From the NCBI RefSeq assembly GCF_001194135.2, contig NC_069003.1:12459470-12523469 (forward strand): DNA of 64,000 bases, written 5' to 3'. Origin of the DNA: Octopus bimaculoides (Eukaryota). Shown here piece after piece: positions 26,780 through 39,272 of the stretch. Made by a program: the position numbers and the translations under genes. How positions within the stretch are numbered: the first letter of the stretch is position 1; each line of letters starts with the position of its first letter. Under the pieces are notes generated by a model that was not told the origin of the DNA, did no database searches, and was given only the letters and a program-made list of their open reading frames with translations.

Positions 26780-28628
26780 ATGTTTCGGCACAAGTATAGC
26801 AGTGTAATGAAGGAGTCTGCTTCCCAACCATATGGTTTCAGGTTCAGTCCTGTTCCATGGCACCTTGCTGAGGTGTCTTCTATAGGTCCTGGATGACCAA
26901 AGCCTTGTGAGTGGATTTGGGAGATGGAAACTGAAAGGTGTCCGTTGTATATGTCTACTCTGACTCCTTGCAGTAGTCCTAAGTATGTGCCAGCATCATA
27001 CAAGCAGTGTTGTTCCTTTTCAGTCTACCTTAGGAACATGTCCAGCCTTGAGGAAAAATTTCCTTACTTGGAAATGAGTGAGGGTTGGCAACAGGATGGG
27101 CATCTGGCTTAAAGGATTGACCACAGTGAATTCTGCACAAGCATGGAAATATGGATGTTAAAACCATATATAAGTATGCATGTATATGTGCATACATATA
27201 TCTGTGTGTGTGTATATATAGACACACACACACACACTGATACAGCTCCTGTGAACTGTCCTACTCATGCATGGATGTTAAACAATGATGATCACACACG
27301 CATTAATTTTGTTAGGTCCTCTATGTTTTTATATTGCTGGTGATAGTGTGTGTGTATGTATTGATTAAACAAAGCATCACTGTTCATATAGACGGTGGTG
27401 TTTGTGTGCTGTCCTCCATAAGACCATATCTGTGCTGTTCATTTCCAGTGAACTGAAGGAATTGTCTTGGAGACAGATGACCGTCAGCAACAGAAAGAGT
27501 ATCTGGCTGTGGAAAAAGTCTGCCTTATAGGCATGTAAATGTAGACCGCAACACAATGATGATGTAGCTGTATACACACATGCAGACACTTATTGACTGT
27601 ACATGCACAGGCATGGCTGTGGTTAAATTTGTCTCAGCCGCATGGTTTCAGGTTCAGTCTCTTTGTGGGGTACTTTGAGCAAATGTCTTCTATAGCCCTG
27701 GGCCAACCAAACCTTGTAAGTGAATTTGGTAAGCAGAAAATGGGAGAAGCCCATAGCACATGTATTTGTGTGTGTATGTGTGTCACTCTCCTTGTCACCT
27801 AATAATTGCAAGCAAGTGTCACTTTCAGCAATGTTCATTTCCAGTCTTCTATGAAAAACTTGTCTAGTCATGAGGGAATGTTACCTTTGAAACAGTTGAG
27901 GGTTGGTCGCAAGAAGGGCATCTAGCTGTAGAGAATCTGCTTCAGTGAATTCCGTATGACCCATGTGAACATGGCAAAAAAGGGCATTAAAATGATAGTA
28001 TACACATGTATGTGTTTGTATGTATATATATTTATGCACATACGCACGTACGTACATACATACATACATAAATATTGAACACTAAGAATGTATGCTCAAT
28101 ACTGCATTGGTAGTTAAAGATTCTTTGTGTATTAAGGCTACCATTGGTTTCATGTTTGGAAATACTTAACAATTATTTAGCCTTTCACATGGAACATCAG
28201 TGTTCATCTCCATTTTGGATTACATATATGTATGTTTACATGTGTGTATGTATATATATTGTCTTCTCTCAGTGGGTGTTGACCATTCATCTGATCTGTG
28301 TGCAGAAATGGCAAAGCCTAGTACTTGCCTGTGCAAAAAAAAAAAAAAAAAAACTCCCTACCATTAGTGCCACCTATTTTGCAGAAGAGAAAGTTGTATT
28401 GGAGCAACACAGTTTGATCCTAGTATCATTGTTAGTATTGTTGATGGAACAAGTAAAAGGTGCAACTCTTCAATGATTCAGTTAATTTGCTGCTCTGGGT
28501 TTGTAGCTGTTATTAGTGACTGAAAATGTGAAAAAAGAAGTGAACATTGCTGGGACTTTGAACTCGGAATGTAGTGAGTTGGAGCAAATACAAGGTATTT
28601 TATCCACTGTGTAATGACCACATGCATG

Positions 28629-28669
<41 letters not shown>

Positions 28670-28870
28670 GGCACAGGCGTGTGGTAAGAAGTTTGCTTCC
28701 CAACCACATGGTTCTGGGTTCAGTCCCAACTGTATGGCATGTTGGGCAAGTGTCTTGTACTATAATCTTGGGCTGACCAAAGCATTGTGTTTGTCCCCTG
28801 CCACTTCTTGCCAACCGGTGTTGATGTGTTTACGTCCTTGTAACTTAGTGGTTTGGCAAAAGAGATCTAT
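26780..28870 (+). mobile_element. Intronic cluster of degenerate SINE fragments (CORE heads at ~26790, ~27605, ~28672; RTE-tail fragments at ~27030, ~27850)
   Basis: ccaaagccttgtgagtggatttgg core and agggcatctagctgt tail motifs. Confidence 0.7.
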
Positions 28871-29357
28871 CTGTCTGTGTCTAATGTGAAGCTATGACAA
28901 CGGCTGTGCTGATGATGCCTTTTGAGACAGGAACGTCTACAACGCTATTTTATCTCCAGATGGAAAAATAATCCTAAATTCTGAAGAACTGTTGCCTCCT
29001 TGTAATTATCTCCCCATTTCTATTTGAAGTCAGTCCTAATCGCTGCAAGGTGTTGCTTTGCCTTACCTTGAAGTGAAGATATTTACAATATATCAAGAAT
29101 TAATCTTGTGTAAGACTTGGTACACCTGTATTCATCTTAATGATTGTGTGTATGTGTATACGTTTAATTATATAGCTTCAGATATTAGGTTGTTCTGAGT
29201 TCAGTGTTGAAAGTGAGTTTAGTTGACTGTAAATTTGATAATTAATTTAATTAAATATTTACCATAAAACCAACTGTCAGTTCTTTCTGAAGTCTTAAAT
29301 AACTGGTGAAAAAAATGTTGTTGTTGTTTTACTGTAGTGTTGCTGTTTTCTTTATAG

Positions 29358-29518
29358 AAAAGGCCAAGGAAAGTACTGGTGGTGTTGCTTATGAAGTTAT
29401 TTTGAAGCCTGCATCAAATTATACCCCTCATAAGCCTGGTTCTCCTCCCAAGGAGACTCGGTCTCTCACCCAGGAGGCTATTGCTGATAAGTTAAAGAAA
29501 GCTCAGGAGAGAAGAGAG
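29358..29518 (+). CDS. STMN: Stathmin exon: N-terminal SLD segment KAKESTGGVAYEVILKPASNYTPHKPGSPPKETRSLTQEAIADKLKKAQERRE
   Basis: GGVAYEVILKP matches the stathmin GQAFELIL motif; SPPK and KLKKAQERR match vertebrate SPPK..KLEAAEERR. Boundaries tttatag| and |gtaatg. Confidence 0.95.
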
Positions 29519-29723
29519 GTAATGTATCAATCTGTCTATCTCTATCTCTGTACTTCTCTTCCTCCATCCCCCTCTCTCTGTATCATACTTGTATGTTTTT
29601 GCCAAATTGGTTTCAGATTTATGCATACATGTATTTAGGGTAGACATAGTCTAATACTGTTTTAATGAAAATGGCTCAATTTGTGTTTTTCATGAGGTGC
29701 TTGTAGCAATAGTTAATCTAGCA

Positions 29724-29898
29724 TGGGTCCCCAAACTTTTTAGACCACCAACTTCTTCATGGAATCCTTGCCCCCCCCCCTCATCAACCCCCAGGCATGT
29801 ACAAAAAAATAATAATTAAGTAGATGTGCATTTATTGACCCTTTGAATAGTCTCCATCTACCCTCAGGGGTCAGTATCGATGACTTAGCAGATCCCTG
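29724..29898. mobile_element. hAT-type MITE with 8-bp TSD ATCTAGCA
   Basis: ATCTAGCA at 29716-29723 and 29899-29906. Ends (ca)tgggtccccaaac ... gcagatccctg are degenerate TIRs. Confidence 0.55.
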
Positions 29899-32800
29899 AT
29901 CTAGCAGGTCATGTAAGACCTGCAAATGTTAAGTTCCTCTTATGCAAATTAATTTTCAGAATTTTATGTCCAGGTGTCCTGCGGAAAGAGAACTGTTTGG
30001 ACTTTCTGTTAATGACAACTTGGAGTGTTCATATTATCATCTGACATACTTGGATGTTTGCATCTTTCATTCTTCATTCTTTAAAGAACCAGTTTTGTAT
30101 TTCCTTATATCTGTTGAAAAATAACGCTTTGCTTCAATTGACTTTGGAAATAATGAAACTTTGAAAATAACTTTGTTATTATTAAGCACTGGGTTTAATG
30201 TAGTAGACTAACCCCCCCCCCCCAAAAAAAATTCTGGCCTTGTGCCTATACTAGAAAGAATTATCAAGCTGATGTTTAGAACATGAATTTAACAGATGTT
30301 TGATGGAAGAAGACATTGGCTTGAAACAAGTTTGTGTCACAGAACCAAGGCTGGACTCCAGTGGATTGCTATCAAAAGCATTAATTAAATTTGTTCATTA
30401 GATTACGTATTATCTGCTGTCTCTTCTTGGAATTTCCTCTCAAACTTTGTTGCATTTCATTGGGCGTTACTCCTTGGATTCACCAGATACTTATTGTTAC
30501 ACACTACCCTACTTTGTCCTGGAGGTGGTTTAAGAAACACATAATTGAGCTATTTTTAGTAAAATCGTTTTTCATTTGATGTCCACTTGTGTGTATGTGT
30601 GTATATATATAACTTTTGTCTTTCATATTTTTGTTCTGATGAAGGACTATCATCTGAAGCGTCAGAACTCCTTTTTAAGTCTTAAGTTAATACAACTTAT
30701 ACATTTTTGTCCTTCCTCTGTTGTCTTTCATTTTTTCTTCATTACTTCTGTATTATATAGTGTGTGTGTGTGGGTGGTATGCACACACCATTAATAAACT
30801 GAATTCAACCAGGATACTGCTTCTATACCTAAATATCAGTAGCTTTTTTTTATTGCTAGAACCATTTAGCTTTACATAATAGTTTCATTGAGCTTTTTGG
30901 TTCTTAATTATAACTATTTTAATTACATACAATTAGCCATTTGATTACAATGTTTCGTTAAGATAGCTTTAATAATTAGTGCAAAAGTTGGCTGATGGGT
31001 TAGTAAGCTATGTAATGATATTAATGATCTATCATTTAGGAAATGGTTCTGTGTCTGGAGCTATTTTGTTGACAGTAAAATATAATATATTGTAGATATT
31101 AAATCATGTAGTTTGGTCTCCTAGTTTTTTTGTTTTTTTTTTCCTCCTCTTTTTGTGGTGCTGGGGTGGATGGACTTTCATTTACAGCTGCCATCTTGTT
31201 CGTTGGTTTTGTACATTGGCACAACTTTCTGAATCTTGAGACTCACCTCCACTGCAGTGGGATTGTTTGCTTATCTATGGATTATCTTACCACATTGGAA
31301 CTATCAGAAAAACAAAAATAATGGATTACATTTGTCTGTATTCTTTCTGGATTAATACTATTGCTGCTAAAATCCCTTTGCATCTGGATATTCTATCAAA
31401 TTACCGTTATTGGAATATTTACTTCATGGATTTGTCTGAGCATTTTCAATTGGTGCTTGCCTTCAAATGTGAATCATATTGGACAACATTGGTTTAGCTT
31501 CTTACGGATTTTCCTACACACATACATACACACACACGTGCATGCATTGGAGATGTACTTCCCAGGCAAATGATTTCGTCTGACTATTGAAACTAAAACC
31601 ACCAGCCTGGAAGATGCATATAAGCCCTTTTAAAAACAGAAAAATGGTCAATTCGCTTAAACATTTGGTGTCAGAACTTTTGTCCCACTGACTGCAACCT
31701 GGTCACTGACATGGCTCAGCTTGCCTTCTCCTTGTGGGATATTAATGGTGAAAAATCCCATTTATTAAAAAAAAAGTGTATAAATAGGAAGTTTATATCA
31801 AACTGCTGTCATATCAATTTTTATCGACTATCTATTTAAGGTTATAAAACAATGGGAATATGTAAAGACTGATGTGTAATCCCAGAACATCCTTTATTTC
31901 CTGCCACAGTTTGTTTTCCCTCTTTCTCTTCCTCCTCCTTCTACTTTGGTCTTGTAAACTATTTATGTTGGTCATAAAGCTCAACTGATTGACTTTCTTC
32001 CTAATGTATTCTTACTCTGGTGAGACCATAACTTGACAATCTAATTAATACTGGCACTGTGAATGAGCCTTTAGCATTCAGATTACTGTCGAATGTAATG
32101 CTTATTTATTCACATTGTTTGCAGTTCATCATGCATTATCTCATAGCTTTGAGATTTAAATGATGATTGCTTTTTATTAGAATAACATTGTAGGATAGGT
32201 ATGAGAGGTCAGATCTGGTTGGTTTTGAACATAAAAAGGTAGAGTATTTGGGCCAGATATAGCCAATACACTCTTTGTTTCAATTAATTTTAAAAAGAAT
32301 TTAGTAAAATATCTTTGTCATTATTAAACTGATGTCTGGAAAATAAATTGTGAAAATTTGAAAGGTTTTAGTTTAGATCATAGTTTGTCTCATAGAACCA
32401 AAGGTGATTTCAGGCAGCTTAGTCTCGAAAGGCCTCTTGTTGGAAGAAATGGAAATATCAGGAGTCTTCAGGTACGACCACAAATATCCATTTCAAACTG
32501 GAATGTAACTTGAAATGCAACCAAAAACTAAAGCATATCCAGTCATTTGAAGCTTTGCCAATTTTATTTACATCATATTTTGAAGAGGGTGAGATTTATC
32601 TGGAGATTGATAAGTACTCTTGGATTAAATGAATTTGGAAGAGTAAAAATTTGGTGCAGTTGGTGTAGATCTTCAGAAATTTTAAGTGTCTAATTGAGGA
32701 AAGAATTGCAACTATTATGTGGCAAATCTGACAAATATGGCTGCCATCATATCTTCTTGTTCCAAGCCAAGCGAATTCAACATAGTAATAAATGAAATAA

Positions 32801-33562
32801 GTTTCAAAATAATGAAGAATCTATCAAATAAAGTCATAATTAAGCTGATGTTTGGAATTTAAATTAATGGGAAATTTTGATGGAGAGTTTTAATTTTAGA
32901 TCTTAGAACCAAAGATCAGTCTCTGGTGGGTTAGAATGTAAATGTTGGTCGATGCTTCTGTGAATTGACTTCTTTTTTTCTAAGTCACAAGTTTTAAGGT
33001 ACATAGTTGTAGTGTTATAACTGAGTATATCTATGTCAATATTAGTGAATGCAGTGTAACAGTAATATCTATGTATGTAGTAGTGAAGATAGTGAGTATA
33101 TATATATATATATATATCTGAGTGAATACAGTAATTGGGTATATCTGAGTGAATGTTTCCCAGTGCATTGTGTAATCATTTCTGATAAATACACCCTTCT
33201 GAAGAGATGAGTTTCTGCTTTATTCCACTGAAGCTCACCATTTCCAGTTCAATTCATGCCAGCATAGAACTGATTCTGTCAATTCTTATGGATATTTTAA
33301 TATATATTATAGTCTGTCAGAAATGATGCCAAACAAAATTTCCAATGATCAGTATTTCATATTTATATAATCTGGAGAATGGCAAAGTTTTTAAGTTGTA
33401 TTTCTAAATACCGAGTTGATATGTGTGCAAAAACATAAAAACATGTAAAACATACTCACGTACATGTGTACAGTGGTTTAATGTCTTACACATACACGTA
33501 TTCTTTCATTCTTCTGCAGTTGACTCTTCTGTACTTCATGAGGTTTTCTTTCAATTTTCTAG

Positions 33563-33754
33563 TCTCTAGAAACCCAGAGATTGGAACAACTGCAGAAAGA
33601 AAGAGAACGAGCACAGCAAGTTCTTCAGAAAGCTCAAGAAGAAAACAACACCTTTTCCAAATCTACAAAAGAAAAACTTCGCAGGAGTTTGGAATTAAAT
33701 AAGGAAAACAGAGAAGCTCAGATTAAGGCATTACAAGATCGTCTTCGGGAACAT
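33563..33754 (+). CDS. STMN: Stathmin exon, 64 aa coiled coil [64 protein letters not shown]
   Basis: Clear similarity to human STMN1 [35 protein letters not shown]. Boundaries ttttctag| and |gtaagt, phase 0/0. Confidence 0.97.
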
Positions 33755-35166
33755 GTAAGTCTAGTGTTTTTTTAAAAATTATTTTTTTTGCGTTGGGACA
33801 TTTTGTAAATTTGTTAAACCCAGTCCTTGTAATGACTTACAAAACCAAAAATGAATAAAAGCAAGAATTTAGAGTTCTCTCCCTTACATTAAGGAGAATG
33901 TCTCAATTCTGTTGAAATGAATGTAAACAAGGTTAGTACAACTCTTGTTATATCATACATCTCTGGACTGGTTGACCAGTGCAGTTTCATTTGGTACTGT
34001 GTCTTACGGGAAATTAAGATTCAACTCGATAACTTCTTTGAAGTGATTGGGGGGGGGAGTAATTCTGTAATCCTTTGCCCCCCCCCTTGAATTCTTAACC
34101 TGATGGCAAGTATTTAACGCTTGTTTAGAGGTGGAAGATTCACTAGGAAACAGTTTTTTCTCACCCCCTGTTAAAAGTGGTAGGTTGTGATTCTTGTTAG
34201 CAACTCTTTTTTAAAATTTTTTTTTTTTTACTGTATTTCCTATTACAACCCGTCTACTCATTTTCTTATTTTTTTCCCACCATTTGCCATTATATATAGC
34301 ATTGCTTTATCATGATTATACCAAAAATTGAAATAATAAACTTGGTACTTAGGTACTTTTGATTCTTTTTTTTTTTTAAGTGTTCCTCTCAAGTAGCTGT
34401 TGCTAAGAAGAACCACTTAACTCTTGTAAGAAACTATGTTGTGAACCATTCTTGTTGATGTAATAATTCCACTAATGTTTATTCTTTGGTACCACTTTTG
34501 GGGGCTGAAATATCTGAATGAACTAAAAATAACCAAGTGATGTTACTTTGTTTTGAAATGAAGTTTCTGGAAGATTGCTACAGTGCCATTTGTTGGTTCA
34601 TATTGTAATACTGTCGTGATATTGTAGTATAAAGGGGGTTGATACTGCATATTAGCAATAAAGGGACTCAATATAAGAGCATTGTTCTTTGTATTGTTGG
34701 GACATTATAAATAAAGGGGTTCAGTATAAAATGAGTTGATGCTATATACTGTTGATATATTGTCGTATAAAGGAGTTTGAAGAAAGGGTTGGTATTGTAT
34801 ACTGTTGGGATGATATTGTAGTATAAAGGGGGTTTGATATTTGAAAAGGTTTTCTCTTTAATACTGTTGATAGAATGTAAAGAGTTGGTGGTTTATATTA
34901 TCAATATAGTATTAGGATTTGAGTTAAAAAGGGTTCATATAGTATTAAGGGATTTGGTATAAAAAAGGTTGGTTTTTAATACTATTGATAAAGTGTAAAG
35001 GGTTTTGATGTTGCTATTTCTTATGTTGTGTGTATGTTTGGTTATTTTAACTGAACTCTCTGTGGTGGTGGGCAGGAAAATAAACCATGTGTCTCTTTAA
35101 AGTGTTGAAACAAGCCTCCTTGTCTGGAGAATGGCGTAGAATACATGTGACTACTTTTATGTTTAG

Positions 35167-35307
35167 CGTAAGAAGGTATCTGACGCATGTAAGAATAGTG
35201 AAATGGTGTCCAAAGACCTGGAGGAAAAGATAAATCAAAAATTTGAGAAATATGATCAGAACAGGAGAGTCCAGATGCAATTGTTGCTCGATCGCCTCAG
35301 GGAGCAC
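35167..35307 (+). CDS. STMN: Stathmin extra repeat exon A, 47 aa RKKVSDACKNSEMVSKDLEEKINQKFEKYDQNRRVQMQLLLDRLREH
   Basis: Not in the ORF track on + strand because it is short. ttttatgtttag| acceptor, |gtgagt donor, phase 0/0, ends in DRLREH like the neighbouring exons. Confidence 0.88.
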
Positions 35308-38107
35308 GTGAGTGTCACTAGGCCAACCAGCTGTCTTTATTTTATTTTGTTTTAGTTTAATTGCTTTTTACCCCGATCACTTTTTTGTAGTTTTATTTTT
35401 TTATTTTATTTTAAAATTAAAAAAAAAAAAAATTTCTGTTGGTGCAAATCATTGAGTAATACTGGAATAAAATAAACTTGGAAATTATAATGACCTATCA
35501 ACTGTGGACCCTTAAAAGTCTGGTGCTAAGGGAGCAGTATCTGCTGTAGGGGCTATTTCCTCAAATGAAACTAGAATGAGTTTCAGTAAAACACTGGAAA
35601 AACAGCCAGAAGTTATTCTTTAAATTCTGACATGGCAACAGACACACTGACTTTTTTATTATCATATTTCTGTTGAAATACACTGACTTGGTTTCAATTA
35701 ATTTTGAAACTAATGAATTTAGTAAAATAACTCATTATTAATGTGTTGTTTGAAACAGATCAAAATGAAATTTTGATGGAAGAAGGTTTCAATTTAGATA
35801 ACTTTAAAACATGAAGTTAGGACCATAGTTTCAGGAGATGGCTTTATGCTGCTTGAAACAAACATGTAATATAGCTAAATATCTCAATTGACCTGAAATT
35901 TTAGTTGGTGTAGAATGTGGGTAAAGTTGCTAATATATTTTTAAAAAGTGCTTTTGATTTGAGCACTGAAGAACAAGCATCTTACATAATGTTATGTCTT
36001 TAAAGTTCTCTGTTTTAACTGGAGATGTTTAAACTTAATGCTGTTAGACTTTATTAGCTTCACAGGGAAACTTGAGGTAGTTTTCTATAACTACTTCTGG
36101 AATTGCCTCTGCCTTTCATTTGGAGAAGAATTTATCTTCTGAGATGAAACAAGAGACTTAAATTGATCTTATGGAAAGCCTGAAATACATAGTGTGCTTG
36201 CAGGTATGCAGTCACACAAAACTTTATCTATTTAAATATATATTACAATGTGTGTGTGTGAATCACTATACACACACCCACGTCTGACCAGTTTAAAATA
36301 TTTAAAACTTTGTTTCCTTTCTTAGTTAGAATTGAGCATATTGTTCAGAATGACTTTCAGTTTAACTGAGCTGCCTTCCGAGGGAAAGATTCTTTACCTG
36401 GCTTTACTGTAAACAAATTGGATTTGGCAGTTTATGAGCATGTAAATTTGTTTAAGATGCCTGGTACAAAGTCTGGAACAAGTTTCTCTCAGTGTGTTAA
36501 ACATAGATCTGGAGAGTCCGTTACAACCATGAAGCTTCTCCATGCAGCTCCTACTTACTATAAACAATGTTAAGTATATAACAGTGAAATCTAGGGCAAA
36601 ATGAATGCTTAATTGGGTTCTCTCTTAATGTCATGTTTAATAACAGTTTCTTGGTCATTGTAAACTGAGAATCTGGGTTAATTAAAATAAACTGGTCATT
36701 ATACAAGGCCTATCTACCAATTTAGTGCAAACAAAAAATGGTATTTTCCAGTATTTACTTTTGAAAATATTTTTGCTTCAAATTTCTTTTTATTTGATTT
36801 TTGTACTTTTTTGTGCACATGCATGTTCCATTGCCAAAGTTTATTTGATGCTGCTGTTGCTGAAAAGTCTCATAACGACATTTACTGTGCTCCGATATTC
36901 TAATAACAAATCTCAGTAATTATCATGACTATTGTCAACCAATTCATGGATCTAAAGAATGCCATCCCCTCTTCAAACATTCTATCAATGTTACAGAAGC
37001 AGCAGCAGCATGGTTTTACCGAAATAAACTTCTGGTTCTTCCCCCTCCCCTCTCCTTAAAAGTTCATGTTCATTCTTTAGCAATTCTGATTGGTTTGTAA
37101 TTCCTCAGATCCTCTGTTCGTTTTCCCACCTCCACTGTTTTCTGCTAGTCTTGCATCACCAAAGTACTTTCTTTAATTACCATCATTGAAAAACTTTTTA
37201 TTTCCCACTCCCCTCACAGCACCAAGTTTCTCTGGCTTTTTTGTTTTGACCAAACAAATCTCTGCTAGTCTTAGGAATGTCTTTTTTTTTTTCTTTTTTT
37301 TTGTATAATTCTTCAGTTAATCATCTTAATTTTATTTTTTTAAATTTAATTGGCTTCAGTTTTTTTTTTTTCCTTCCCTTCCTCAGACTGTTCAGTAATT
37401 ATCTGATAGACAGATTTAAGGGTTTATCTGAGATAACCCTTATAATCTGAATTTCTATGCCTTCAGGTTTTGAATACCTATTAGACTGATTGGTCTGTTA
37501 ATATTTTATTCCACAGCACCCTTGTATTATTATTATTATTATTTTCGTTGTTGTTGTCATTAGATATGTTGTTCAATGCTACACATTGAGCAACTAGTTG
37601 CTTCTTCTTAGATATCGCTTGTCATTTCGCAGCTGCGGAGTGCATAACTCTTGCAGCCTTCCCTGCTTATCTGTCACAATTAGCCATTTCTTAAATTTCC
37701 TTTGCATCTTGTTAAGCATGGTCCGTTCTAAATCCGACCACGACATTTCCATAATTTTACGTGGTTTCCTTGTAAACTATTTCAAAATTTTCACAATATT
37801 CTTTTAAACAGTCAACTTTAAAGCTAATGTGACTTCTTTCCTTTTTTTAATTTTTTTTTTGTCATAATTTAACTCTCTTTAAATTCCTTAATTAATTTAG
37901 ACTTAATCATTTCGATTCTTTGATCTTTCTTTAACATCTAATCTTCCAACATTTGAACATGAACTTTTATATGTGTGCATGCCCCATTTTGCTTCATCAC
38001 TTGTATATATAAAAAAAATTAGTGAAAAATGAGCCATTTGTAGACTATCTGTGTATGTATGTGTGAATGTTCGTATGTATACGTGTGTGTATGTATGTGT
38101 ATATATA

Positions 38108-38159
<52 letters not shown>

Positions 38160-38346
38160 TTTCTGTGTATGTTAATAATAATTTGTATCAATTGTGATTA
38201 TTCAGCTGTTGCTTGTTACAACTGTTGGTGCTCTAAGTAACCGTTTTTAGGTGGCAGATATTCTGCAAATGGCTTGTTAATCTCTGATTGTGTTGTTTGG
38301 TTGGCTGTCTGTTATAACTAGTTGATCTGGGCTCTGTTCTCAACAG

Positions 38347-38499
38347 GACAAACATATTAAGGAGGTAAACAATGCTTGTGAGACAATGTACAAAACTTCT
38401 GGGGAGAAGATCGGTGAAAAGGTTTTCCAGAAAATGGATTCAGCTATCAAGAACAGAGAGGGAGTGATTAAAGCTATTCAAGACCGTCTTCAGGAACAT
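38347..38499 (+). CDS. STMN: Stathmin extra repeat exon B, 51 aa DKHIKEVNNACETMYKTSGEKIGEKVFQKMDSAIKNREGVIKAIQDRLQEH
   Basis: ctgttctcaacag| acceptor, |gtaaga donor, phase 0/0. Exactly one 51-aa stathmin period; DKHIKEV matches human DKHIEEV. Confidence 0.93.
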
Positions 38500-39272
38500 G
38501 TAAGAAAGCATGTGGACGATATTTTCATCCTTTTATTCTTATTCATAAGAAGAGTTCATCGTATCATTCATTGTCATTTTATATTTATCGTTATTGATCA
38601 TTATTATTATTATTATTATTATATTCATTATTTACTACCTTTATCCTACATGTTTTGGTTTCCTAGTTAGAAAGCATGTTTCTTGTGCTCTGAATAATGC
38701 TCCATCAGTCGCAAATGCCCCCATTTACAATTACTTCCCCCTCACCCCTGTTTTTTGGGTGGGGTGTGGGGGATCCAATATCAGCAATGGGTAACATAAT
38801 TGAGTTCTCTCTTAGATGAATACAGGTAGGGGCCCCTTTAATAGCTGAGCCAGAGACAGGTTTCTAAGTAAAGTTTACTGGGTTCTGGGTATTTTTACAG
38901 CCCCTCGCCTCAATATGTAAATAGTTACATGGGAGGGTGAATGGTGGTGTACCATTTGTGTCTTTAATGCAGTTCTTTTGAATATTTAGTGTTAGCAGGG
39001 TGTCTAGTGTTATCAACCTTAATACAGATTCAGTTTCCAATGGATTGGCTCAGTTCTTTAGAGACATATTTGTTAAATTCCAGGGATTTATTTCTAGAAT
39101 CAGTTTTTTATGGTTGGAATCTTTTTAATTATTTTTCTTTCTTTAAATCAGTTTTGGGTTGTTAAAGTTTTTCGGGTCTTGACTGATGCTAAAATTATTG
39201 CGAGCTCACGAAGCGCAGCTCACAGATTCATTAACTGCCCTTCTAACGAGTGTTCTTTTGTGTTTCTTTCAG

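Noticed and set aside
25250-28900. Intronic SINEs as inverted dsRNA/ADAR substrates near the cassette exon
   Set aside because: The recognisable copies are mostly in the same orientation, so no clear inverted pair.
33520-33702. Upstream acceptor ttctgcag| at 33519 and the overlapping +1-frame ORF
   Set aside because: It is 43 nt upstream of the real acceptor, shifts the frame and introduces a premature stop; nothing supports it.
35047-35307. 86-aa minus-strand ORF
   Set aside because: Antisense shadow of the stathmin exon at 35167-35307.
37594-37752. 52-aa antisense ORF MEMSWSDLERTMLNKMQRKFKKW... in a stathmin intron
   Set aside because: Short, no recognisable homology, no convincing promoter or splice context; compatible with chance.
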